NCBI GenBank assembly: GCA_930979925.1
Contig: CAKNIB010000003.1
Location: 40,031 to 64,030, forward strand
DNA: 24,000 nt
From: an uncultured Clostridia bacterium
GTDB lineage: Bacteria > Bacillota > Clostridia > Christensenellales > UBA1242
Reading direction: 5' to 3'
In this document: positions 14,049 through 23,300 of the stretch, one piece after another
Layout of the letters: every line of letters starts with the position of its first letter
How positions within the stretch are numbered: position 1 is the first letter of the stretch
Translations under genes and position numbers: made by a program
Notes under the pieces: generated by a model
Told to the model about the DNA's origin: nothing
The model's database searches: none
Seen by the model: the letters and a program-made list of their open reading frames with translations, nothing else

Positions 14049-14858
14049 TTACGCCTTCTTTTTTATCTTGACCACTTTGCTGTCTTTTTTAAGCTCTTCA
14101 ATATTTTTGACACTTTGTGTGAGCGCGTCCATAAGGTCGGTAATATTTACCGTTTTTTCGCTGTCAACCATTTTTATCTCCTTGCCTTTTGCTTTGTCTT
14201 TTATTGCTTGTTTTACGCGAGCGATGTATTCATCTTTGTAGTCACTGGCAACAAAAGTCCCGCTCATAGCGTCAATCATGGTTTTTGCAAGGGCTTGCTC
14301 CTGCTGGGTGAGTTGAGCTTTAATCGTGCTTGCCGGATTAAGTTGCACCTCTTCATCAAAAAATAGCCTTGAAAGCATTAAGTCATCCTCTTTTACCCAA
14401 AGTGCCACCACACATTCGGATGCACCAAGCATAGTCTTTGCAATTCCTACCTTGTTTTCGCTTTTCAAAGTGGTAAGTAGAAGAAAATATGCTTTTTCCG
14501 CGCCCTTGCTTTCAGGTACTACATAATATGTCTTATCAAAGTAAATAGGATTTATTTCAGAAAGTGAGACAAATTTGTCAATGATAATATTTTTATCTCG
14601 CTTGGTTTTAAGTTTTTCAAGCTCGCCTTCTTCAAAGATAACATAGTTATCCTCACTTATTTTATAGCCTTTTACAATGTCCTCATTTTTAACAACTTTG
14701 TCGCCACATTCTTCACAGGTCTTTTTGTACTGCACACGCGACTTTGTCTTTTTGTCAAGCATGTTAAAGCCGATGTCGTTGTTCTTTATGGTATTGTGTA
14801 AGGTAACCGGAATATATACCAGCCCAAAGCCGATAGATGTTTTGTAGCTATATGCCAT
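14049..14858 (-). CDS. ku: Ku DNA end-binding protein (NHEJ)
   Basis: ATG 14858 with RBS AAGGAGG is preferred over the track start at 14888. MAYSYKTSIGFGLVYIPVTLHNT...VQYKKTCEECG...IVKGY is a typical bacterial Ku N-terminus, and the C-terminal tail is basic. Confidence 0.85.
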   Translation of the reverse strand: MAYSYKTSIGFGLVYIPVTLHNTIKNNDIGFNMLDKKTKSRVQYKKTCEECGDKVVKNEDIVKGYKISEDNYVIFEEGELEKLKTKRDKNIIIDKFVSLSEINPIYFDKTYYVVPESKGAEKAYFLLLTTLKSENKVGIAKTMLGASECVVALWVKEDDLMLSRLFFDEEVQLNPASTIKAQLTQQEQALAKTMIDAMSGTFVASDYKDEYIARVKQAIKDKAKGKEIKMVDSEKTVNITDLMDALTQSVKNIEELKKDSKVVKIKKKA

Positions 14859-14921
14859 TTTGCCTCCTTGCCTTTTAGTATGGCGCAATAGAAGTGATTT
14901 TATAATACAATGAAAATATTA

Positions 14922-14950
14922 TTGAAAAATATAAACTGTTGTGATAGAAT
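14922..14950 (+). promoter_or_regulatory. Putative promoter of the 14966-17054 operon
   Basis: TTGAAA (14922-14927), 17-nt spacer, TAGAAT (14945-14950) preceded by TG (extended -10). The region is divergent from ku. Confidence 0.45.
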
Positions 14951-14965
14951 AAAAGAGGTGATAGA

Positions 14966-15277
14966 ATGAAAAGAGAAATAAAAATTGTGTTAAAAAACTT
15001 AAAATCAAGACAAGAGATATACATTGATTTGGAAAAAGAAAAGCTCTTTTTCAATGGAGAAGAAAAAGAGGTCGACGTACTCGGCATTGCGAGCAGAATT
15101 TTTTCGATTATATCAAACTGGAAAGATAACTACTATAGCGATGCAATTGTCGATGGTGGCGAATTTTCAGTGTCGTTCTTTGATGGGAAAAGGTCGCGCA
15201 AGATTTCAGGAAGAGGGCTATATCCTCAAAACTTTAAAGAGCTTGCAAAGCTTATAGGGGAGGTGCAAAATGCTTAA
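14966..15277 (+). CDS. Hypothetical protein (103 aa), first gene of a coupled pair
   Basis: ORF track entry with RBS AGAGGTGA. Its stop overlaps the next gene's start (ATGCTTAA, 8-nt overlap). No family recognised. Confidence 0.6.
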   Translation: MKREIKIVLKNLKSRQEIYIDLEKEKLFFNGEEKEVDVLGIASRIFSIISNWKDNYYSDAIVDGGEFSVSFFDGKRSRKISGRGLYPQNFKELAKLIGEVQNA

Positions 15278-17054
15278 ACTAGTGGTAGATGGACAAGATA
15301 TTTTTAACCCTATTGGAGACAAACTCCCTGAAATTATAGAGTATTTTGTTAAATTTTATGGAGAAAAATATAGACCGAGAATAGAAGAAAAACTAACAAA
15401 TGCTCTTTTCTTTTTTGTACCAAAAAGCGAGCAAGACTCAAAGCCGTCAACCATCCTTTCATCATACTATAAAGCTAGGAAAGAAGATGTTAAATGGTCA
15501 TTTTTTGATAGCTTTGATGAGAACTTTTATCAAAACATAGATGAGTATGATATACATATTGAAGCTCAAGACCTTAAAATCATAAAAGAAAAAATAGAGC
15601 AAGGCTCTTATGAAGATGCCGACAAAGTACTACTTATGATGGGCATTGAGCTTCCTGACGAAGAGGAAGAGAGAAAGCGCGAGGCCATAAAATTTTTATC
15701 CCGCAATGATTTTAAAGAGGGCGTAATAAAATGCCTTAATATGATGATAGGCGCTTGGGACAAGCATTTTCAGTCAGAAATAGAAAGGCTTGAAAAAGAA
15801 GAGAAAAAGACGGTAAAATATTTAAAAAGCATAGAAGAATTTGATGGCAAGCTTGAAGATGATTATGTTGAGGATATGCTTGATTTATTTGAAAGCTGTT
15901 TAGACAAGTTAGGCATAGAGTATAAAGAGGACAAAGAGCTCAGTAAACTCGCTGTAACTTTTATAGACTTTTTAAAAGAGGATATTGACAAAGTCACTTA
16001 TGATAATAAATATTACATCGCTTTATTTAACTTTTTAGGTATGTATCATGGTGATGAAATCAAACCATACCTATCAGACCATCGCCTTCATGAGATATTT
16101 AATGATGATTTGCGTAAACAATATGAGGTCATGACTGAAAATTTTAGACGCAAGTGTTTTGAAAACAATATTTACTTTAATGATATATTGCAAAACCTAT
16201 TTTCAAAAGGCAAGGTCTATGGCAAAAATCACATGGCACTTATATTATATAATTACCTTAATAATTCTTGCGATGTTGGCGCGTATATGAGTGCAATAAA
16301 GATAGATGACAGCGTTAAACCAATCTGCATTTTTCCTTTTGGACTGCTTATTGACAATGTCGTGTTAATACATGAGCTTAATCATGTGCTAGAAACAGAC
16401 TTTTACGCTGATGATAAAGAGCCTTTTATACGATGTGGTTTTAACAGGCATACTATAGACACCGATGAAGAAGAGCTTGATTACTCAAAAGTTGTCTCTA
16501 TTTATGACCATCTACAGCCTAAAGTTAAAAATAGCAATTGTACACTGCTCAACGAGGTTATTAATGACTATTTTGCTTCAAAGGTTGTTGGGTTAATAGG
16601 CGACAAGCTTACAATTGGTCATGCAAGCCCTTTTGTGTCCTTTTATAGCCATGCTTTTTATTTGATGTCCAATTTTATTGAAGAGAATAAAGATATTTTA
16701 ATTGAAAGTAGAATGTCAAATGACCATGACTTATTCGCTCGCTTTTTAGGGCAAGAAAACTTTGATAGACTTGCAAAGGCGGTTGAAGAATTGCTATCAA
16801 TAGATTTTTCAGAAGTTAGAACTCAATATAGATTATGGTACCTTGGCAAAGAGAGACTTGTTTTAAACTGGATACGTTCTATGCCTGAGGGCGAGCTAAA
16901 AGAAGAGGAGAAAAAAGTTCTCAATGCTTTTGACACCGTCAGCGAAATCAGCGTTTTTGCAAGAGAAAAGAGAAATTCTTTAAAAAATAACGATAAAAAC
17001 AACAAAAATATTGAAAATGCAGTTAAAAATACAGATGATAGCGAAAATAGTTAA
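15270..17054 (+). CDS. Hypothetical 594-aa protein with an HExxH motif (putative zinc metallopeptidase-like domain)
   Basis: VVLIHELNHVLETDF lies at about residue 370, in a hydrophobic context typical of zincin active-site helices. The N-terminal half is highly charged and helical, and the C-terminal tail is N/K-rich. No family recognised. Confidence 0.6.
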   Translation: MLKLVVDGQDIFNPIGDKLPEIIEYFVKFYGEKYRPRIEEKLTNALFFFVPKSEQDSKPSTILSSYYKARKEDVKWSFFDSFDENFYQNIDEYDIHIEAQDLKIIKEKIEQGSYEDADKVLLMMGIELPDEEEERKREAIKFLSRNDFKEGVIKCLNMMIGAWDKHFQSEIERLEKEEKKTVKYLKSIEEFDGKLEDDYVEDMLDLFESCLDKLGIEYKEDKELSKLAVTFIDFLKEDIDKVTYDNKYYIALFNFLGMYHGDEIKPYLSDHRLHEIFNDDLRKQYEVMTENFRRKCFENNIYFNDILQNLFSKGKVYGKNHMALILYNYLNNSCDVGAYMSAIKIDDSVKPICIFPFGLLIDNVVLIHELNHVLETDFYADDKEPFIRCGFNRHTIDTDEEELDYSKVVSIYDHLQPKVKNSNCTLLNEVINDYFASKVVGLIGDKLTIGHASPFVSFYSHAFYLMSNFIEENKDILIESRMSNDHDLFARFLGQENFDRLAKAVEELLSIDFSEVRTQYRLWYLGKERLVLNWIRSMPEGELKEEEKKVLNAFDTVSEISVFAREKRNSLKNNDKNNKNIENAVKNTDDSENS

Positions 17055-17070
17055 AAATTATATACAAAAA

Positions 17071-17095
17071 ATAGTCTAGATAGGCTATTTTTTGT
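17071..17095 (+). terminator. Intrinsic terminator
   Basis: ATAGTCT-agat-AGGCTAT (7 bp including one G-U pair) followed by TTTTTGTTTTT. Confidence 0.55.
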
Positions 17096-17276
17096 TTTTA
17101 GAAGAAATTTTAATAATTTTTGCGTATTTTTTAATAAATTTTTACTATTTTTTTAAATATTTTAGAAAATTTTTATTTTATTTTTTATTTTTATTGATTT
17201 TTGCAGAAAATAAATTTTGCATTTTTTTAATTATTATATTAATAATAATTATATTAGCCAAAAATCGTCAAAACAT

Positions 17277-17306
17277 TTGCTTCTTTGACTAAAAACGTGG
17301 TATTAT
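17277..17306 (+). promoter_or_regulatory. Putative extended -10 promoter of the giant lipoprotein gene
   Basis: TTGCTT (17277-17282), 18-nt spacer, TGgTATTAT (17298-17306). Confidence 0.45.
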
Positions 17307-17327
17307 GAAAATACTAAGGATGGGAAA

Positions 17328-20300
17328 ATGAAAAAAGGTTTATTTGGGACTATCGCGCTTTTGTTTATTGCCTGCATAACTCTCTCTGCCTGCAATAGCA
17401 AGCCAAGCGTTAGTGGAAATTTTAAAAAAGACAGCTATGTTGTGTCGATAAATGATACAATAAATTTTTATGATGAGCTAACCTCACTAGAAGGTGCAAG
17501 CATAGGTGAGGTAGAGATTGAGGTGTCAAACAGCGAGGTGTTGCAAGAGCGGGACAACACTTTTGTTGCTGTCAGCTTTGGCAATACCATGGTCTTTGCA
17601 AAATACAATGATAAAACCTTTGCCCAAACAGAAGTGACGGTCAAAAACAAATTTTCCACTCCTACAAATCTTCAGGTGGACGAAGACGGCGCTCTTTCCT
17701 GGGATAACTCCTTTGCATACTTTGATGAAAGCCTAAATACTGCCGATGATTATATTTTAGAATACGCAAATATTACCGGACTTGAAGAAATCGCAATAGA
17801 TGAGCTTGAAATAAGAAGAGAAGAGATTAGTGCAACTGCTGGTTTTTCGTTTGAAGAGGCAGGCTCATACTACGCAAGACTGACAGCAAATGGGAACGAC
17901 AATATTGATAGCTCTGACCCTTCTGAGTGGAAGATTTTAAACTATAACGCCATGGGACTTTTAGAGGATGTGTCTTTGATAGTTTCTGAAGAGATGGCAA
18001 ACGACAGCGCAACTCTTACCTGGTTTGAAAAAGAAAACGCCTCATACGACGTTTATATAGACGGCTTTAAGGTGGCAGAAAACCTTTTAACAAATAGTTT
18101 TACCTATGATTACAGCCTAGTCCAAGAAGGACAAAGTATAGAGATAAAAGTTACCGCTAGTGATAGCGAGTCCGACCGCATAGCTTCAACCACTAGACTT
18201 GAGGTTGAAAAACTGTTAACTCCTGAGCTTTTTTATAACAGAAGCACAACCAGCAACCCTTCAGGATATTTATACATTGAAGACAATCAAAATGCATCAG
18301 GTTTTGGACTTTATTTGGTTAAGCAATCAAGCGGACGATCTTTTTACTACAATGTATCAAATGAAGAGAATGATAGAATATTTTTTGAAGAACTTGAAAG
18401 CGGTTTATACAGCCTAAACCTTAAAGCGCTTGGAGGTAGCAACCTTAGTGGTCATTTCCTAAACAGTGCTTTAGCTAGCACCGTACGCATTGCAAAACTT
18501 GCAACGCCTACAATAGATGTACAGTTTGAAGGCGAAAATGCCATTTTAACATTTAGCGGAGATAGTTATAACAATAGGTACTTGATAACTTATGCGGATG
18601 AGACCTTGATTGCAACAGGCTCTAGTTGCCAGATAGACCTCTCTGACCTCCAGCCAGGAAATTATACTTTTGCGGTTCAAGCTCTGCCAAGTCTTTCAGG
18701 TACTGATATAATACCATACATTGAAGGTGGTTTAAACAGTGAGTACATTTTAAACTCAAATTCTGCTACTTTTGACTTTACAATACTTGAAGATATTGGC
18801 TATGTAACGCATGATTTATCTCTTGACCAGTCGCAGTCCACCTTTACCTTTGCAGAGGTGCCAGGCGCAAACTATTATGAGCTTTACATAAACGGCACTT
18901 TAAATCAAACGGTTGACGCAGAGGAAGCGGTTTTAAACGGCACAGTTAGCATAACTGTCAACAACTTAAAGGATATTGAGCCACAAGAAAATAATTACGT
19001 TATAGATATCGTCGCTGGAATAAGAGTTGAAGAACAAGAACGGGCGGTTAAATCAACTTATCAAAAGACGCTTTCTATTCTTCCAGCAGTCACGGCAGGA
19101 AGCGAGCAGACAAATGGCTATTACAGCTGGAACAAAGTTGAAGGTGAGGCGTACTACACCTATCAAATCTTTAAAACGGGCAGTGATTATTCGTTAGACG
19201 GCGCCGAGCTGATTGCTGAAGGCGGAACAAGCGAAGATACCATCAATGATAGACTTGACTTTGGCTACTATGTAATTAGAGTTTATACAACATCAATAAA
19301 CGAGGATAGATATTTAGACTCTACCTTCCATGACAGCGCAAATTATTTTGAAGCAAACTTTTTAGTTTACCAGCAGATAGACGCGCCTACCATAACCTTT
19401 GCGACCGAAGATGGTAGCTATGTATTATATATGTCAAAGGTAGAATATGGCGGAGGCTATACTATTGAGTTGTACTTGGACGGCTCGCTTGAAAGTACCA
19501 ACAGCATTTATTTCAATAGTGACCAAGAAAGAGCGAGATACGTCTTTGCAGAGGACAGTTTTGATAGCACCAACACCTATACAGTACAGGTGAGTGCAAA
19601 CAGAGGTCAGCTTGACGACAGCGCTTTGCATACTCCATCAGAAAAGAGCGAGCTTACTGTTACAAGACTAGCCCAGCCAACCTTTACCGTGCAAGAGGTG
19701 GTATCAAACGGACAAAAATCAGCAGAGAACCTTGCGGTTACTTTGGTAGACCACGCGTCACATGTTGTAATCGAGTTTGAAGAAAGTGTGGTAAATTACG
19801 ACTCTGAAAACGAGAGATATCAAAACAGCATCAACCTATTTAATCAACCGGGATATGATGAGGACTTTGTCTTGACCTTCACCTATGCAAGCGGGCAGGC
19901 AGAGGGCAATAACTACTTTATAGACAGCCATCCTTACGATGTAAACTTTAAACGGGCAGAAATGCCAAGCCAGATGGCATATCAAGATGGTAACTTGACA
20001 TTTACATGTAACGATGAAAATGTAGAAGGCTATTACCTTACAATCATATTAGTAAATAGTGACAACGGCAACTCATATTTTAGAGAATATGTGACAAGCA
20101 GTGGCACTATCGACCTACAAAGCATAATTGACAGGCTCTATAGTCAGGACCCTGTATTTAGTAGCAACTATGACCAAGCCGAGTCTATACAAATCGAGCT
20201 TTACTCATACAAAAATGGCTTTACCGGCGATGTATATTATCTTCCATCAGACAATGGCACAACACTGTCAGGACAGCCAATAAACATACAAAGACTTTCG

Positions 20301-23300
20301 CCATCAACTCTTACCTTTGATAAGGATAGCCTGACAATCAGTTGGAACCAAGTGGCACCAAACACCACATATGACATATATGTTGATGGTAGAGAAGCAA
20401 TCTCAGACTACAACAATCTAGGGCAGGATAACCGCGTTAGCATTAGCCTTTCAGACTTAGGCTATGACTTCCTCACACAAAGAAGAATTTATGTAGTAAG
20501 CAAAAATGCCTCATTCCTCGACTCGGCAAACTCAAATACCATATATATTAAAGAGCTTGCCTCAGTATCCTCAATAAATGTTGCAAATTCTGACGAGGAC
20601 ATTGTAGTAAGCTTTAGCCTAGCTCAAGACTATGCAAGCGCACAAGGAGTGCAAGTCAATGGTAGTGACATAGAAATCAGCACCAATAGAGGCAGTTTCT
20701 TACTTTCAGCCTTCCCAGACACCCAAAACTTTACCTTTAAAGTTATAGCTGGAGAGAGCAGTTCTAACTACTATTATTACAACTCACAAGAGACTACCTT
20801 CCAGCTTATAAACCTTTCTACTCAAGATTTAACTGTTTCAATTGCAAACAATGTTATCACTTGGGATAGTGTAGCCTCTGACTTTATAGGAGCAAGTCAA
20901 AATCCTTTAAGTTACCGCTTGCAAATTGCTTGTGGAGAGCAAAACTATACAATATCTACAACCCAAACTACTTTTGACCTTCAAGCTGTAGAAGAGACAA
21001 TAGGCGTAAAATTAAATGGTGATTTTGAAATCACAGTAGAGGCAATAATTGCCGACTATAACCTTACTTTATTAGGCGGACAGGCAAGAGGCTACTATGG
21101 TAGCAGGACCAGCCAGCCAGCGTCGAGTAAAAAACTTTCGGCTGTTGGACAGATAGACACTCTAGTTGTTGATGCTACTGACATGGGTAGCACTTTAGAG
21201 AATAAACTTAACGCCTCTGTTACTCTCTCATGGCAGGACGATTGGAGCAACCTAAGCCTTCCAAATGCCGTTTACTTTGAAGTGACAATAGCAGGGCAGA
21301 CAAACCCAATTGTTGTTACAAATGGCACCCAAGCCCAAGACTACAGCCTCAGCCTAGTAGATGGACAATACAATCTGTCACTTTCTGGAAGATATTTCAC
21401 GCAAAGCGAAACAGCCATATCAGTTAGAGTAGTTAGCGAGAATATGATAACATCAGAAGAGACAACGACTGCTGTCAACAGAATTACCAGCACCTACTCA
21501 ATCTCGCTTGACCAGGAAGGCATTTTGACAATAAATGATAGCGCAAATAATTCTTACCTTCTTCAACTTACTATAGGTAGCCTTGTTGTAGAACAGGCTT
21601 ACCTCTATGAGGAAGGTCAAGACAATAAGACCATCGACCTAATGCAAGAGGGCATGCTAAAAGGTGCTTATGGTAGCTATACTATATATGTTCTTGCATT
21701 TGATAGCTCATACGCTTCTCTACCTTCACTTGCCCCAGCCGAGAATATGGGTAGCAAGTTGCAGGGACTTAGCAGTGTTCTTCTTAGAGAAGACGGCAAT
21801 ATACATATGGAGCTATACAGTGACGACTTCGAAGGTCTTACCTTCAGCGTAAGAACGCTTGCAGGTGGTGACTATGTCTACAGAAGTTTCCTTCCAGATG
21901 GTACAACTTCAACATATTTTACACTTCATATCTTTGTCATCGTGGATAGTTTTGCTGACGCTGTATCTTTTGAGGCAGGCAGAAGCTACACCTTTGAGGT
22001 GGCAATCAATAAAAATGGTCAGGTAAACTCTGACTATCTAAGCTTTAGCTTTAGTTGTAGTGCAGATACCACTCCAACTCAATATAGAGGACTTGACCTC
22101 ACAAAAGACTATATCATATTTGATGTACCAGAAAATGACGACACAGTGTCGTTACTAGCAAGGGTATACACACTGCAAGGCAGTAGCTACACCTTTGACC
22201 AAAGCCTATACTTCCTAAGTGAAGATATTCGCGGATATTGGTGTCAGGATAGCGAAACTGGCGACAGCTACTTCTCAACAACAATTGACCCATCAAATGC
22301 TAATGTCACATATACCGAGTGCTACGCGCTCAGCCTTAACGACCTACTAGCCGAGTACGAATACGGCGCGTTCTATATAGACTTTGCTCGTTTTGGACAA
22401 AGTGATGGCGAGTACAAGCTATATTATAGATATAACTATAACCCATTAAAACTTAATACTGTTAACGAAGATATAGAACAGGGCACAGATACTATAGTAA
22501 GAGTTAATGGTAACAGCCTTGTATGGCAATGGCGCGCTCCAAGTGACCTTGCCCAGTTAAGCCAGTTTAGAGCAACAAGCTATTATGTAATAATAAGGTC
22601 GCTGACAGACGAAAACGAGTCATATAAGTTTAGAACAGATACCTCTAGCTTTGACCTTAGCGAAGCAAACCTCACAGCAGGGCAGACTTATCAAATTTAT
22701 GTAGTCGCAGCCTCCACAACGCGAGGAGTGGTAGCATCAAACGAGACCACAAATCCAGTTTTTGCACTGCAGTATAGCCAGCCACTTCCATTAGATGTAG
22801 TAGATGGACGATTAATGTTTAACGAAGAGTCCTTTGCCGATTCTGACTTTATGACAACCATAACCTCATACTTTGGTCAGACCTCTCATGCTCAGCCACT
22901 GTATGATATCATGGGCAATGGAACTTATCTTTCACCATACTACTTTACAACAGCAAATATTGCCGAGACCATGCTAACCATCCGCTTTACTTTGCAGGAT
23001 GAGTCAGGTGCAGATACCAACACCTATTATGAGGTAACGCTTGCAGGCTATGAGCTTCTTCCAGATATAACCATTACCAATGTAAATGGAGATATCAGTG
23101 GACAGCAAAGCGCTTCATACTTTGACCTACTTGAGGCATATGTAGAGACCATACAAGATGTCAACACCGAAAACGCCGTAAGATTTAAAGCGATGGTAGA
23201 GACACTGCAGGACTCTAACCGCGGTCTAGCAGGTGGCGGGGTACTCCTTGATGATATAGCAAGAAGGGTGCCAGCCGGCAAATACTCATTGTCGATAATT

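Noticed and set aside
17468-23281. Short ORFs inside the giant gene (17468-17659, 17827-18012, 19434-19631, 22114-22296 and 23048-23281 on the minus strand; 21664-21852 on the + strand)
   Set aside because: These are antisense or out-of-frame shadow ORFs inside a long, continuously open coding frame. They have no RBSs and low-complexity composition.
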